64,000 bases of DNA from Bacteroidales bacterium (GCA_035647615.1 DASRND010000003.1:3135-67134); one strand, 5' to 3'. Numbered from the stretch's first letter, positions 28,664 through 40,276 are shown. The notes: generated by a model from the letters alone, not told the origin. Program-made: numbers and translations.

Positions 28664-29500
28664 ATGCGGAACAGCATCATAAAAATCTTTTTCCTATTTG
28701 CATCAGCGTTTATCATTTCTGCCTCGCAGGCACAGGTTGTGGATATCGGCCTGTTGGGTGGCGGCACTTATTATTTGGGCGACCTTAATCCACACCAACA
28801 ATTTTTGCTTACCAAGCCGGCGTATGGCGGGTTGATACGCTTTGTGTTTGACGACCGCTGGTCAGCCCGGTTCAATTTGATGCGTGGCGAAATTGCGGGC
28901 GACGATGCCATTAGCGGCACCAACGAGCTGCGCAATCTGCGCTTCAAATCCTCAATTACAGAGCTTTCGCTCACGGCAGAGCTTAACTTTCTGGAATACT
29001 TTACCGGCAGCCAGTTTTATTATTTCTCACCCTACCTTTTTGCAGGGCCGGCATTTTTTATCTTCAATCCCAAGGCCCCCTATCAGGGCGAAATGCTTGC
29101 TTTGCGCGATCTGGGTACCGAAGGACAAATAGCAGATAGCACCAAGAACAAATACAGCCTGTATGGCGGCGCACTGGTTTTTGGTTTTGGTATTAAATAC
29201 AGCATTAATAAACGCCTCGGCCTTGGATTAGAATGGGGCATGCGCAAAACCTTTACCGATTATCTGGATGATGTGAGTACTAATTATTACATAGATTTTA
29301 CCAGCCTGGACCCTAATAATATCTCAGACTGGGATCGGGTGATCCTTTCCGATCCATCGGCAATAAAGCATACGCCGGGCATGCAGCGGGGCAACTCTGG
29401 AACCAACGACTGGTACTCTTTTGCAGGCATTACGCTCACCTATCGTTTCAGACTGGGTGAGAAAACTACCTGCGTCGACTTTGACTACATCAATAAATAA
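28664..29500 (+). CDS. outer membrane beta-barrel protein (DUF6089-like)
   Basis: 278 aa. Signal peptide, alternating amphipathic strands, C-terminal aromatic residues. Confidence 0.55.
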   Translation: MRNSIIKIFFLFASAFIISASQAQVVDIGLLGGGTYYLGDLNPHQQFLLTKPAYGGLIRFVFDDRWSARFNLMRGEIAGDDAISGTNELRNLRFKSSITELSLTAELNFLEYFTGSQFYYFSPYLFAGPAFFIFNPKAPYQGEMLALRDLGTEGQIADSTKNKYSLYGGALVFGFGIKYSINKRLGLGLEWGMRKTFTDYLDDVSTNYYIDFTSLDPNNISDWDRVILSDPSAIKHTPGMQRGNSGTNDWYSFAGITLTYRFRLGEKTTCVDFDYINK

Positions 29501-29582
29501 TAATACTTTTGCAACCCAAAAAAAGGCTGAAATGGGGGGCTAACAAATTGTTGCACTGAATATTCAGAACTGATAACAGCGG

Positions 29583-30341
29583 ATGAGTTTTAAAGAACAA
29601 ATAGACCAGACGAAACTGCCTCGTCACATTGCCGTCATTATGGATGGCAACGGACGATGGGCGAAGCGCAGAGGCAAACTGCGGATTTTTGGTCATGAGA
29701 ACGGGGTGATTTCCGTGCGAGAAACTGCTGAAGCTGCCGCTGAGCTGGGAGTAGAGTATCTGACGTTGTATGCTTTTTCGACAGAAAACTGGAAGCGTCC
29801 CCGCCGTGAGGTGGAAGCGCTGATGGGACTGCTGTTCAGAACTATCAACATCGAGATAAAAACCCTGAACGACAACAACATTCGCCTACAGGCTATCGGT
29901 GATCTTGATTCATTGAATGAAAGCATCAGAAAGCGTCTGCAGCAAGCTATCGAAGAAACGCGCAACAATACCCGCATGACGCTGATCCTGGCACTGAGTT
30001 ACAGCTCACATTCCGAAATTACCGAGGCCATAAAAGCCATTGCCACCAAATACAAAAACGATCAGATCCAACTGAGCGACATCAACGAGGCCTTGATTTC
30101 CGATCATTTGTTTACCAAAGGTGTTCCCGATCCTGAGCTACTCATCCGTACCAGCGGCGAGTATCGCATCAGCAATTTCCTGCTCTGGCAGCTTGCCTAT
30201 TCCGAATTATACATCACACCTAAGCTCTGGCCCGATTTCCGAAAAGAAGATTTCTACGAAGCTATTGTTAACTATCAATGCCGTGAAAGAAGGTTTGGAT
30301 GCACCAGCGAACAAATTAATGAGCAGGCCAAAGTACAATAA
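29583..30341 (+). CDS. uppS: isoprenyl transferase (undecaprenyl-diphosphate synthase)
   Basis: 252 aa. HIAVIMDGNGRWA, YAFSTENWKRP and RTSGEYRISNFLLWQ motifs. Confidence 0.95.
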   Translation: MSFKEQIDQTKLPRHIAVIMDGNGRWAKRRGKLRIFGHENGVISVRETAEAAAELGVEYLTLYAFSTENWKRPRREVEALMGLLFRTINIEIKTLNDNNIRLQAIGDLDSLNESIRKRLQQAIEETRNNTRMTLILALSYSSHSEITEAIKAIATKYKNDQIQLSDINEALISDHLFTKGVPDPELLIRTSGEYRISNFLLWQLAYSELYITPKLWPDFRKEDFYEAIVNYQCRERRFGCTSEQINEQAKVQ

Positions 30342-30345
30342 GAAG

Positions 30346-33015
30346 ATGACAGAAAAGGCAAACCTGACAATCAGCATCCGGAGCATATTATTACCAATCA
30401 CCATTATCGCCATGTTGTGGCTGCTCAGTGGCAATTGTTTGATGGCGCAGGTGTCCATCGGTGGCGCCGACGATTTCAAGGTGGATTATACCCAACCCAA
30501 AGAATACGAAATTGGCGGCGTAACGGTGTCAGGCATCCAGTACCTCGACCAAAATGTGCTGGTGATGATTTCGGGATTGAAAGTAGGCGATAAAATAAAA
30601 ATCCCCAGCGACAAGTTTCGAAATGCCATCAAAAAACTCTGGGATCAAGGGCTTTTCGAGTACATCAATATTTCGGTGACAGGTGTAAATGATAATATTG
30701 TTTTTCTGAATATTGACCTTCGTGAACGCCCACGCCTTTCCAAGTTTTCGTTTGAGGGAATAAAGAAAGCCGAAGCCGACAACATACGCGACGAGATACA
30801 AATTGTGCGTGGCGACGTGGTTACCGACAACCTTATTAATACAGCCAAAAACCGCATCGTTAGTTATTATACTAAAAAAGGATTTCTGGATGCCGAGGTG
30901 AACATCATTCAAACCCCCGACACCACCAAGCCCAACAGCATGATCCTTACCTTCGACATTGATAAAAACGACCGCATCCGCATCTACGATATCAATTTCA
31001 TCGGCAACCATCATCTTACCACCCAACAGGCGCTGAAGACTTTTAAAAATACAAAAGAAAAAGGCGTGTTCCGTCCTTTCGACGACATCGAGCTGCTCAT
31101 TTGGAATGCGGCCAATGCTGCTTTGCATCTCAACTTCGACAGCATTCCTACTATTGCTCAAAATTATGTGAACGACAATATCAAGATCAGGATTTTTAAA
31201 CCGTCCAAATACATCGAAAGTAATTTTGAAGAAGACAAGCAGGCGCTCATCGACCGGTACAATGCCTTAGGCTTTCGCGATGCCAAAATCATCAGCGACT
31301 CGGTGTATCGCCACGACGAAAAAAGTATCAACATCGACATTAAAGTTTCGGAAGGTGAACGCTACTACTTTGGCAATATCACCTGGATAGGCAACACCAA
31401 ATACACCGACGAATTTTTGAACACCGTGCTGCGCATCAAAAAAGGTGACGTTTACGACCAGGAGGCACTCAATACCAACTTGTCGTTCAACCCCGGCGGC
31501 ATCGACGTGAGTTCACTTTATCTCGACGACGGCTATCTATTTTTCCAGGCTATTCCGGTGGAGATGCATGTAGAAAACGACACCATCGATCTTGAGATTC
31601 GCGTACGTGAAGGCAAGCAGGCGCGTATTAAAAAAGTACTCGTACGTGGCAATACCAAAACTAACGACCGGGTGATCATCCGGGAGCTGCGCTCACGTCC
31701 CGGGCAGCTCTTCAGCCGTACCGACGTGATCCGTACCACACGTGAACTTGCGCAGTTGCGTTATTTCAATGCCGAAACCATCCAGCCCGACATCCAGCCC
31801 AATCCTACCGACGGCACCGTCGACATCATCTACCAGGTAGAGGAAACTTCTGCCGACCAGATAGAACTTTCGGGCGGCTGGGGCTATGGCCGTGTGATTG
31901 GAACCTTGGGATTGAGTTTCAACAACTTCTCCCTGCGCAACATGTTTAATAAAGATGCCTGGCGCCCGATTCCAAGTGGCGACGGCCAAAAACTCAGCCT
32001 GCGTCTGCAATCTTATGGCAGAGGATACATCAGCTACAACCTTTCGTTTACGGAACCGTGGCTGGGTGGGAAGAAACCCAATTCCTTCAGCGTTTCCTAT
32101 TATCACTCGCTCTATTCCAACGGACGAAGCAAAAACGACCCGTTGCGCTCATCTTTTACCATCGACGGGGTTTCGTTCGGTTTGGGAAAACGCCTTCAAT
32201 GGCCCGATGACTATTTCAGCCTTTTTCAATCCATCAACTTACAGGTGTATAATCTGCGCAATTACACCACTATTTTTCCGGTGGGCGATGGCAATGGAAA
32301 ATACAACAACGTCAACTACAGCATTGGCTTTGCGCGAAATTCGATAGATGCACCCATTTTCCCACGCAGCGGATCAGAAGTGTCGTTGACTCTGGAGGTT
32401 ACTCCGCCTTACTCGGCCTTCAGCAATAAAGATTACAGTACCCTTTCGGAAAATGAAAAGTACAAGTGGATCGAGTACCACAAGTGGAAGATCAAAGCCA
32501 ATTTCTATTCAAAACTCATTGGCAACCTGGTACTGAGCACACGTACGCAATTTGGCTTTTTGGGAACTTATAACCATGACCTTGGCGTTACACCTTTCCA
32601 GCGCTTTTATCTGGGTGGCGACGGATTGTCGGGCTACAACAACCTGGACGGACGCGAGCTGATAGGCATGCGCGGCTACGGCAACGAAACCATCACACCC
32701 AATTATTATCTCAACTCGAACCTGGGCGGAAGCATCTACACCAAATACACTTTTGAGCTGCGTTATCCGCTGTCGCTCAATCCAAACGCAACCATTTATG
32801 CATTGGGATTTTTGGAGGCTGGTAACTCCTGGGCCAATTTCGCCAACTTCAACCCGTTTAAAGTTTATCGTTCGGCTGGATTTGGCATGCGCGTGTTTCT
32901 GCCCATGTTTGGCGTGTTAGGTCTCGACTGGGGCTATGGCTTCGACAAAGTACCCGGCATACCCGGAGCCAACAAAGGCCAGTTCCACTTCTCTATTAAC
33001 CAGTCGATAGATTAA
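30346..33015 (+). CDS. bamA: outer membrane protein assembly factor BamA
   Basis: The start is taken at ATG 30346 (MTEKANLTISIRSILLPITIIAMLWLL...), 4 nt after the uppS stop. The track ORF start at 30121 lies inside uppS. Five POTRA-like modules precede an Omp85 barrel ending ...GQFHFSINQSID. Confidence 0.9.
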   Translation: MTEKANLTISIRSILLPITIIAMLWLLSGNCLMAQVSIGGADDFKVDYTQPKEYEIGGVTVSGIQYLDQNVLVMISGLKVGDKIKIPSDKFRNAIKKLWDQGLFEYINISVTGVNDNIVFLNIDLRERPRLSKFSFEGIKKAEADNIRDEIQIVRGDVVTDNLINTAKNRIVSYYTKKGFLDAEVNIIQTPDTTKPNSMILTFDIDKNDRIRIYDINFIGNHHLTTQQALKTFKNTKEKGVFRPFDDIELLIWNAANAALHLNFDSIPTIAQNYVNDNIKIRIFKPSKYIESNFEEDKQALIDRYNALGFRDAKIISDSVYRHDEKSINIDIKVSEGERYYFGNITWIGNTKYTDEFLNTVLRIKKGDVYDQEALNTNLSFNPGGIDVSSLYLDDGYLFFQAIPVEMHVENDTIDLEIRVREGKQARIKKVLVRGNTKTNDRVIIRELRSRPGQLFSRTDVIRTTRELAQLRYFNAETIQPDIQPNPTDGTVDIIYQVEETSADQIELSGGWGYGRVIGTLGLSFNNFSLRNMFNKDAWRPIPSGDGQKLSLRLQSYGRGYISYNLSFTEPWLGGKKPNSFSVSYYHSLYSNGRSKNDPLRSSFTIDGVSFGLGKRLQWPDDYFSLFQSINLQVYNLRNYTTIFPVGDGNGKYNNVNYSIGFARNSIDAPIFPRSGSEVSLTLEVTPPYSAFSNKDYSTLSENEKYKWIEYHKWKIKANFYSKLIGNLVLSTRTQFGFLGTYNHDLGVTPFQRFYLGGDGLSGYNNLDGRELIGMRGYGNETITPNYYLNSNLGGSIYTKYTFELRYPLSLNPNATIYALGFLEAGNSWANFANFNPFKVYRSAGFGMRVFLPMFGVLGLDWGYGFDKVPGIPGANKGQFHFSINQSID

Positions 33016-33099
33016 TAAAGTGAAATAAAAATAATTTGGAATACAATTTGTAAATGTTCGCCGTAAATTCTAAAAATAAAACTACGGAGGTTTAAAATC

Positions 33100-33654
33100 A
33101 TGAAAAATAAATTAAGTGTAGCTACCAAAACCCTGATGCTGACAGGAGTGCTTTTTGCGTTGATGTCGATCACAGCAACTGCTCAAAAGATAGGATATGT
33201 TGATACGGAATACATCCTGCAAAACATCCCTGAATACCAGGATGCCCAAAATGAGATTGAAGAATTGTCGAAGCAATGGCAGGAAGATATTGAGAAACAA
33301 TACGCTGATGTAGACAAAATGTACAAAGCCTACCAGGCCGATGCCGTGCTACTACCCGAGGACTTGAAGCGCAAGCGTGAAGAAGAAATAGTAGCTGCCG
33401 AGCGTGAAGTAAAAGAACTGCAGCGCAAACGCTTTGGCGCCGAAGGAGACTTATTCAAAAAACGCGAAGAACTCATCAAGCCTATCCAGGAAAAAATCTT
33501 CAACGCCATTGAGGCAATTGCCACCAAGAAAAACTACGCTTTTGTTTTCGACAAATCAGGCGGCCCGGTGCTTATGTTTGTGGATAGCAAATACGACATC
33601 TCCGACGAGGTACTCGACCAGATTGGAAGTATTATGGGAGTAAGAGGAAGGTAA
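33100..33654 (+). CDS. OmpH/Skp family periplasmic chaperone
   Basis: 184 aa. Signal peptide, coiled-coil-rich sequence, KIGYVD opening typical of OmpH. Confidence 0.8.
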   Translation: MKNKLSVATKTLMLTGVLFALMSITATAQKIGYVDTEYILQNIPEYQDAQNEIEELSKQWQEDIEKQYADVDKMYKAYQADAVLLPEDLKRKREEEIVAAEREVKELQRKRFGAEGDLFKKREELIKPIQEKIFNAIEAIATKKNYAFVFDKSGGPVLMFVDSKYDISDEVLDQIGSIMGVRGR

Positions 33655-33790
33655 TGCCAGGCTTTGATTCCAGGTTCTTTTTAAACAAGTTTTAAATAGC
33701 CATCTGTTACAATTTATTTGTTTAAGTAATGTTAATTAATATAATTTTGCCCACTTAGTAATTGAATAGAAATCATTTAATAAATTGAGA

Positions 33791-34306
33791 ATGAAAAAAA
33801 TAGCAAAAGTATTCTTCGTTTTGGTGTTCATGACCACTGCCATCGCCGCCAATGCACAAAAAGCACAAAAATTCGGTCATATCGACTTTTCATCACTGAT
33901 ACAGATGATGCCCGGGCAGGACTCCATCAATACCGCTTATGAGACCTACGCCAAAGGTCTCTCCAACCAGCTCACTACCATGCAGGCCGAGCTTGAAAAC
34001 AAACAAATGGATTTTCAGGCCAAAGAACCAACCATGTCGAACATTATCAAGCAAACCAAAGAAAAGGAATTGCAGGATCTTTATAACCGACTGGTAGATT
34101 TTCAGCAACAGGCACAGCAAGACCTTCAGAATTACGAAAACGAACTTCTCAAGCCGCTGATTGATAAAGCCCGCAAAGCAATCGAGAAAGTTGCCGAAGA
34201 AAACGGTTTCACCTATATCCTGAATTCTACCCAGGGAATGGTGCTTTACTCACAACCCTCCAGCGATGTGATGTCGATGGTAAAAACCAAACTTGGAATC
34301 AACTAA
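33791..34306 (+). CDS. OmpH/Skp family periplasmic chaperone (second paralog)
   Basis: MKKIAKVFFVLVF... signal peptide, KFGHIDF opening, coiled-coil body. I prefer ATG 33791 over the TTG at 33785. Confidence 0.8.
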   Translation: MKKIAKVFFVLVFMTTAIAANAQKAQKFGHIDFSSLIQMMPGQDSINTAYETYAKGLSNQLTTMQAELENKQMDFQAKEPTMSNIIKQTKEKELQDLYNRLVDFQQQAQQDLQNYENELLKPLIDKARKAIEKVAEENGFTYILNSTQGMVLYSQPSSDVMSMVKTKLGIN

Positions 34307-34338
34307 TCGAAAGATTCTTCAGAATAAAAAAATAAAAG

Positions 34339-34364
34339 CCCTCTGCGACCCAGAGGGTTTTTTT
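34339..34364. terminator. bidirectional rho-independent terminator between ompH and the hydrolase gene
   Basis: Stem CCCTCTG (34339-34345) / CAGAGGG (34351-34357), 5-nt loop. T-run on the plus strand and A-run upstream (T-run on the minus strand). Confidence 0.7.
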
Positions 34365-35178
34365 ATTTCTGCTCCGTAACTTCAACAGCAAAAGTGCGGG
34401 CAGCAAAGTCACGCAGCACAGGTAACGTTTTTTCAGGTGCTTCCACAAAACCCATGTGCCCCACATCAGCAAGCATCAGCATTTCAGCGTGACGGGGAAG
34501 TAGTGCCTGCGACATAATTTTTTGCACAGGGATGCGCGGATCCTCTTTGCCGGAGATAAAAAGTACCGGCACTTCTATATTTTGCAACAGCTCGATACCC
34601 CCGGAGCGTCCACGCATAGCTTCGAGCGAAGCAACAATGCCCTCTACCGAAACCCCGGCAGCGATTTCCTGCAGCCGGTTTATTGTAGCCGTCAGGCGCA
34701 TGAGATTAGTTTCTGCAAATAATTCGGGAATAAACTGCCGGACAAAACCATCATGGTTGAGCCGAACAATATTAATAGTTCGTCGCCGGTTTTCTTTGGC
34801 TTCCTCAGTATCAGCCGAGGCATGCGAATGAAAAAGACATAGCCCTCGGAGCATTTCCGGATTTTGTCGGGCAAATTCCAGTGATACATACCCACCCATC
34901 GAATGTCCTGCCATCAGGCAAGTCTTTATTTGCAGAGAATCCAAAACAGCTTTTACAGTTGCAGCAAAGGCTTCCATACTCGCATCTTCAATGACATCGG
35001 AACTTCCGTACCCCGGCAGGTCGATGGCAATTACTCTGAAATGAGTTGAGAGTTCGCGTGAAAAATCATTCCAGATTTGTAGCGAGCCCAAAAAACCATG
35101 CAGCAAAACGATTGCGTCGCCTTGCCCCTGATCAGTAAAATGAATCTTTTTGTTGTTATGAATAATGGTTTGATTCAT
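34363..35178 (-). CDS. alpha/beta hydrolase
   Basis: 271 aa. HGFLGS oxyanion region, GHSMGG nucleophile elbow, C-terminal His (GHMGF). Confidence 0.8.
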   Translation of the reverse strand: MNQTIIHNNKKIHFTDQGQGDAIVLLHGFLGSLQIWNDFSRELSTHFRVIAIDLPGYGSSDVIEDASMEAFAATVKAVLDSLQIKTCLMAGHSMGGYVSLEFARQNPEMLRGLCLFHSHASADTEEAKENRRRTINIVRLNHDGFVRQFIPELFAETNLMRLTATINRLQEIAAGVSVEGIVASLEAMRGRSGGIELLQNIEVPVLFISGKEDPRIPVQKIMSQALLPRHAEMLMLADVGHMGFVEAPEKTLPVLRDFAARTFAVEVTEQK

Positions 35179-35184
35179 GTCATT

Positions 35185-36480
35185 TTATATTTCAATGTTT
35201 TTCATCAATTTTTCGATGTCGTCAGGGTTTACGGGAATATCAGATGAAAGAATCACCGGCCCATCGTTGGTAATAAGTATGTCATCTTCGATGCGAATGC
35301 CAGTGGATTCCTCAGGAATATAAATTCCCGGTTCGCATGTTAAAACCATGCCTTCGGCCAAAGGTTCATATTTATGAGCAGCGTCGTGCACTTCAATCCC
35401 CAGGTGATGCGCCACGCTGTGCATGTAATATTTTTTGTAAAGCGGCTTTTTATCGTCTTGCTTTTCTACCTCAGCAGCATCAAGCAAACCGGCTTTTATC
35501 AATGCTTTTTCCATCAGCTTTCCGGTAAATTTATTGAGTTCCTGCAGGGTCGTTCCCACCGTCATGCGGCTGATGGTTTCTCTTTGTACATTTAGCACCA
35601 GCTCATAAAGCTGCCGCTGGCGGGCGGTAAATTTTCCGTTTATCGGAATAGTTCGAGAAATATCGGCGGCATAGCCATTTATCTGCGCACCAAAATCGAG
35701 CAGCAGCAGACTGCCATCATCGCATTTTGCGCTGTTGCGCGAATAGTGAAGCGTACAGGCATTTTTTCCGGCAGCTGCAATGGGAGCAAAAGCATTACCG
35801 GTGGCACCGCTGTAGCGAAATTGATGTTCAATTTCGGCCTGTACCTGGTTTTCTGTTACGCCTGGCCGAACAAAACGCAGCACTCTTTCGAAAGCCGATG
35901 CTGTAAGCGATATAGCTTGCGCAATGAAATTTTGTTCGGCAGAATCTTTAACCATTCGCAGCTTAGTGATCAGTGGCGCTGCACGCAGATAGTGATGCAC
36001 GGGATAACGTTGCATCAGCAGCAGCTCGGTGGTGCGCTGAAGCGCTCCTTCAAAAATTGCTGCAGGCTGATGCTCCGGAACGTTCAGATACACCTGCCGG
36101 CACCAGGCAAAATATTCGGCAAGCATTCCTTCTGCTTCATTTAATGAATGTATTTCCTCGATTCCTGAAATGGTAGCAGCGTCTGAAAGAGAGATTTTAT
36201 CGCTGCCCCACACGATCTCCTTTTGCGTAGGCTCCGAAACAAAAAGCACTTCCCGCCGCCGGGGTTCAGGATGATCGGGTGCCAACACTAGCAAACATTG
36301 TGGCGCGCGTATTCCGGTGAGATAATAAAAATCGGCAGCAGCGATCATCGGATGGCACTCTTCCCCAACAGATGCTGCGGGTGCCGACGAGCTAAAAACC
36401 GCAATGCTGAGCGGTTCGGTCAGTTTTACAAAATGCTCACGATGATTCTTGAAAATTTTGGATGCAGCAACAGAAATCAT
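35185..36480 (-). CDS. Xaa-Pro aminopeptidase (M24 family)
   Basis: 431 aa. DFGA...YAADISRT, HHLGIEVHD, EPGIY and IRIEDD metal-ligand motifs. Confidence 0.85.
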   Translation of the reverse strand: MISVAASKIFKNHREHFVKLTEPLSIAVFSSSAPAASVGEECHPMIAAADFYYLTGIRAPQCLLVLAPDHPEPRRREVLFVSEPTQKEIVWGSDKISLSDAATISGIEEIHSLNEAEGMLAEYFAWCRQVYLNVPEHQPAAIFEGALQRTTELLLMQRYPVHHYLRAAPLITKLRMVKDSAEQNFIAQAISLTASAFERVLRFVRPGVTENQVQAEIEHQFRYSGATGNAFAPIAAAGKNACTLHYSRNSAKCDDGSLLLLDFGAQINGYAADISRTIPINGKFTARQRQLYELVLNVQRETISRMTVGTTLQELNKFTGKLMEKALIKAGLLDAAEVEKQDDKKPLYKKYYMHSVAHHLGIEVHDAAHKYEPLAEGMVLTCEPGIYIPEESTGIRIEDDILITNDGPVILSSDIPVNPDDIEKLMKNIEI

Positions 36481-36561
36481 TTTATTGGGTGATAGTTATT
36501 TAAAAACGTTACAAATTATGTCGGATTAGATATTTAGATTGAATACGAATGATATTAAAAC

Positions 36562-36569
36562 TAAATTTG
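36562..36569 (+). promoter_or_regulatory. candidate -7 box TAAATTTG (TAnnTTTG) upstream of sdhC
   Basis: Exact consensus match 76 nt upstream of ATG 36645. Confidence 0.3.
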
Positions 36570-36644
36570 TCGTGACTTGCAAAAGAAGGTTTTTTTAGTC
36601 AATTTTGAAAAATCAGAACTTTAATATTCGAAAAACATAATCCT

Positions 36645-37349
36645 ATGAGCAGTTATTCATTACAGTACTCCTCCATCACAAAAAAGGCCATCATGGCATT
36701 GGTGGGACTGTTTCTTATCACGTTTCTGTTCGTGCACCTGGGAATCAATCTCACGTTGCTGATTCCCGGCACCGACACCACCGCCGACAGAGAAATCTTT
36801 AACTTAGCAGCTCATTTTATGGGCACCTTTTTCCTGATAAAGGCATTCGAAGTGGTTCTCTTTGGCGGCTTTATCATCCATATTATCCTTGGATTGATAA
36901 TACAAATTCAAAACTGGATGGCACGTCCCAAACGTTACAAAGTTGAGGGCTGGTCGCACACCTCGCCATTCTCCAAGTTTATGATTCATACAGGAATCAT
37001 CATCCTCATCTTTCTGGTGATACACCTGATGGATTTTTATGTAAAAGTCAAAATTCTTCATGATGTTCCCAATGTGACCTATAATGGCAAAATCTACCAC
37101 GACCTGGGAGCACTTGTGATTATGAAGTTTACAAACGGTTGGTTTGTAATAGGCTACATTGTCGCTTTTGTACTGCTGGCTTTCCACCTCGACCATGCTT
37201 TCCAATCGGCGTTTCAATCGCTTGGCCTCAATCACAGCAAGTACATGCCATTTCTCAAAGGGTTGAGCCGTGTTATTGCCATCGTCTTAGGCATCGGCTT
37301 TACGGTGATCCCCTTGGTTATTTATTTTAGTAACAGTATTCAAGTATAA
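36645..37349 (+). CDS. sdhC: succinate dehydrogenase/fumarate reductase cytochrome b subunit (b558 family)
   Basis: 234 aa, five TM segments with conserved His residues. First gene of the CAB operon. Confidence 0.85.
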   Translation: MSSYSLQYSSITKKAIMALVGLFLITFLFVHLGINLTLLIPGTDTTADREIFNLAAHFMGTFFLIKAFEVVLFGGFIIHIILGLIIQIQNWMARPKRYKVEGWSHTSPFSKFMIHTGIIILIFLVIHLMDFYVKVKILHDVPNVTYNGKIYHDLGALVIMKFTNGWFVIGYIVAFVLLAFHLDHAFQSAFQSLGLNHSKYMPFLKGLSRVIAIVLGIGFTVIPLVIYFSNSIQV

Positions 37350-37362
37350 TTATCAGATAGCT

Positions 37363-39306
37363 ATGGTAAAATTAGAATCGAAATCCCCCGAAGGTCCTTT
37401 AACACAGAAGTGGACGAGCTACAAAGATTCGCAAAAGCTGGTAAATCCGGCCAACAAGCGCAAGCTCGAAATCATAGTGGTGGGTACCGGCCTGGCAGGA
37501 GCAGCAGCAGCAGCAAGTTTTGGTGAGCTGGGGTTCAAAGTCAAGATTTTCACCCTCCTCGACAGCCCTCGCCGGGCACATAGCATCGCAGCTCAGGGCG
37601 GTATCAATGCTGCCAAAAACTATCCCAACGACGGCGACAGTGTTTACCGTCTGTTTTACGATACCATCAAAGGCGGCGACTACCGCGCACGTGAGTCCAA
37701 CGTTTACCGCCTGGCCGAAGTGAGCAACGCTATCATCGATCAATGCGTGGCACAGGGCGTTCCTTTTGCCCGCGAATACAGTGGCTTACTCGACAATCGC
37801 TCGTTTGGCGGCGCGCTGGTGTCGCGTACTTTTTATGCCCGCGGACAAACCGGACAACAACTGCTTTTGGGCGCCTATGGTGCGCTTAGCAAAGAGATTC
37901 ATAATGGTTCTGTGAAGATGTACACCCGGCAGGAAATGCTCGACCTGGTAATCGTCGACGGACGCGCCCGCGGCATCATCACCCGCAACCTTGTAACCGG
38001 AGAGCTCGAGCGCCACGCAGCTCATGCAGTGGTGCTGGCAACGGGCGGCTATGGCAATGTTTTTTTCCTTTCAACCAACGCCATGAACTCAAATGGCAGT
38101 GCTGCCTGGCGTTCTTACAAACGCGGCGCTGTGTTTGCCAATCCTTCGTTTACACAAATTCATCCTACCTGCATCCCAGTGCATGGCGAATACCAAAGCA
38201 AGCTTACGTTGATGAGCGAAAGCCTCCGCAACGACGGGCGTATCTGGGTTCCTAAGAAAAAGGAAGACGCTCAAAAGATTCAACAGGGCACACTAAAGCC
38301 CACCGAAATAAAGGAAGAAGACCGTGATTATTACCTCGAGCGTCGCTATCCGGCTTTTGGCAACCTGGTGCCGCGTGATGTGGCTTCGCGTGCTGCCAAA
38401 GAGCGCTGCGATGCTGGCTATGGCGTTGGTAACACTGGCCTGGCTGTTTATCTCGATTTTGAAGATGCCATACAACGCCTGGGCATCGACAAGATAAAAG
38501 CACGTTACGGCAACCTTTTCCAGATGTATGAAAAAATTGTAGACGAAAATCCCTACGAAACTCCCATGATGATTTTTCCCGCGGTACACTATACCATGGG
38601 CGGCCTATGGGTGGATTACGAACTACAAACCACTATCCCGGGACTTTTTGCTGCCGGCGAAGCCAACTTCTCCGATCATGGCGCTAACAGACTGGGCGCG
38701 TCGGCATTGATGCAGGGTTTATCGGATGGATATTTCGTGCTTCCCTTCACCATCCAAAATTATCTGGCTGATCAGATCAACGTTCCGTTTATCAGTACTG
38801 ACCAGCCTGCTTTCGCTGCTGCTGAAAAAGATGTAAAAGAGCAGTTGCAGAAACTCCTTGCTATCAAGGGTAACCAAACCGTCGACACGTTCCACCGCAA
38901 GCTGGGTCGCATCATGTGGGAGAAGGTAGGGATGAGTCGCAACAAAGAGGGGCTGCAAAAAGCTATCGAATTGATACGCAAATTGCGCGACGAATTTTGG
39001 AAAGATGTAAAGGTTCCAGGCGAACTCAGCGGCAAAAATGCCGAGCTTGAAAAAGCATGGCGCCTTGTAGATTACCTGGAAATGGGCGAACTGATGGCGC
39101 GCGACGCCCTGGAACGCAACGAGTCGTGCGGCGGACATTTCCGCGAAGATTATCAAACACCCGAAGGTGAAGCTCTGCGCGACGATGATAACTTTACCAA
39201 CGTGTTTGCCTGGGAATGGAAAGGTGCCGACACCATTCCCGAAAAGAACATCGAACCGCTCAACTATGAGTTTATTGAAGTAAAAACAAGAAATTATAAA
39301 GAATAA
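37363..39306 (+). CDS. sdhA: succinate dehydrogenase/fumarate reductase flavoprotein subunit
   Basis: 647 aa. [13 protein letters not shown] motif, covalent-FAD His region ([11 protein letters not shown]), HYTMGG. Confidence 0.95.
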   Translation: MVKLESKSPEGPLTQKWTSYKDSQKLVNPANKRKLEIIVVGTGLAGAAAAASFGELGFKVKIFTLLDSPRRAHSIAAQGGINAAKNYPNDGDSVYRLFYDTIKGGDYRARESNVYRLAEVSNAIIDQCVAQGVPFAREYSGLLDNRSFGGALVSRTFYARGQTGQQLLLGAYGALSKEIHNGSVKMYTRQEMLDLVIVDGRARGIITRNLVTGELERHAAHAVVLATGGYGNVFFLSTNAMNSNGSAAWRSYKRGAVFANPSFTQIHPTCIPVHGEYQSKLTLMSESLRNDGRIWVPKKKEDAQKIQQGTLKPTEIKEEDRDYYLERRYPAFGNLVPRDVASRAAKERCDAGYGVGNTGLAVYLDFEDAIQRLGIDKIKARYGNLFQMYEKIVDENPYETPMMIFPAVHYTMGGLWVDYELQTTIPGLFAAGEANFSDHGANRLGASALMQGLSDGYFVLPFTIQNYLADQINVPFISTDQPAFAAAEKDVKEQLQKLLAIKGNQTVDTFHRKLGRIMWEKVGMSRNKEGLQKAIELIRKLRDEFWKDVKVPGELSGKNAELEKAWRLVDYLEMGELMARDALERNESCGGHFREDYQTPEGEALRDDDNFTNVFAWEWKGADTIPEKNIEPLNYEFIEVKTRNYKE

Positions 39307-39317
39307 AACGCACAGCT

Positions 39318-40085
39318 ATGGATCTTACTTTGAAAATCTGGCGACAGAAAGATTCGAAATCCAAAGGGGCTTTTAAGACCTACGAAGTAAAAGATGTTTC
39401 ACCCGACGCTTCCTTCCTCGAGATGCTCGACGTACTCAACGAGGATCTAGTGATGAAGGGTGAGATGCCCGTGAATTTCGACAGCGATTGCCGCGAAGGC
39501 ATTTGCGGTGCGTGCAGTTTGTACGTCAACGGCAGGCCTCATGGCCCGGATTCAGCTATCACCATTTGCCAGGTGCACATGCGCAAGTTTAAAGATGGAC
39601 AAACGGTGATCATTGAGCCATGGCGCTCCAAGGCATTTCCCGTAATCAGCGATTTGATTGTCGATCGTTCGGCTTTCGACCGGGTGATACAGGCCGGCGG
39701 ATACGTGTCGGTGAGTACCGGCGGTATTCCTGATGCCAACGATATTCCGGTGAATCAGCCCAAAGCTGAGGCGTCCATGGATGCTGCTGCCTGCATAGGC
39801 TGTGGTGCCTGTGTGGCGGCTTGCAAAAATGCTTCAGCCGTACTTTTTGTCTCCGCAAAAATTTCACAACTGGCGCTGCTGCCACAAGGACAAATTGAAG
39901 CCAAACGTCGCGTGCAGAAAATGGTGAAACAAATGGACTACGAAGGTTTTGGCAATTGCACCAACACAGGTGCCTGTGAAGCCGAATGTCCTAAAGAAAT
40001 CACTCTGGCGAATATTGCCCGCATGAACCGCGAATTTATCGGCTCCAAGCTCGGCGCACAAAAGATGAATCTGGAGAATTATTAA
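39318..40085 (+). CDS. sdhB: succinate dehydrogenase/fumarate reductase iron-sulfur subunit
   Basis: 255 aa. Cys clusters [20 protein letters not shown] and [12 protein letters not shown]. Confidence 0.95.
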   Translation: MDLTLKIWRQKDSKSKGAFKTYEVKDVSPDASFLEMLDVLNEDLVMKGEMPVNFDSDCREGICGACSLYVNGRPHGPDSAITICQVHMRKFKDGQTVIIEPWRSKAFPVISDLIVDRSAFDRVIQAGGYVSVSTGGIPDANDIPVNQPKAEASMDAAACIGCGACVAACKNASAVLFVSAKISQLALLPQGQIEAKRRVQKMVKQMDYEGFGNCTNTGACEAECPKEITLANIARMNREFIGSKLGAQKMNLENY

Positions 40086-40135
40086 CTAGCTTTACATCAG
40101 CATCTTCAATAATCGTCGATGCTTTTATAAATTTA

Positions 40136-40181
40136 TTATAGCTATGATAAAGAACATCTTTTTCATAGCTATAATTTTTTT
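40136..40181 (+). terminator. rho-independent terminator after sdhB
   Basis: Perfect 12-bp arms TTATAGCTATGA (40136-40147) / TCATAGCTATAA (40163-40174), followed by T7 (40175-40181). Confidence 0.6.
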
Positions 40182-40218
40182 AGCCATAGCTAACATGAAA
40201 TCGGATTACATGAAAATT

Positions 40219-40245
40219 CAGTTGTAAAGAATTACTTTACAACTG
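40219..40245 (-). terminator. hairpin downstream of the minus-strand membrane protein gene
   Basis: Perfect 11-bp arms CAGTTGTAAAG / CTTTACAACTG with a 5-nt loop. The T-tail on the minus strand is weak (AATTTTC). Confidence 0.45.
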
Positions 40246-40276
40246 CCTCTGACGGCAAAAATTACGAGTTCATTGA

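Noticed and set aside
30121-30345. The ORF-track start for bamA at 30121 would give a 964-aa protein overlapping uppS by 220 nt.
   Set aside because: The upstream 75 codons lie in an alternative frame of the uppS coding sequence and have no signal-peptide character. ATG 30346, 4 nt after the uppS stop, yields a normal N-terminus with a hydrophobic signal segment.
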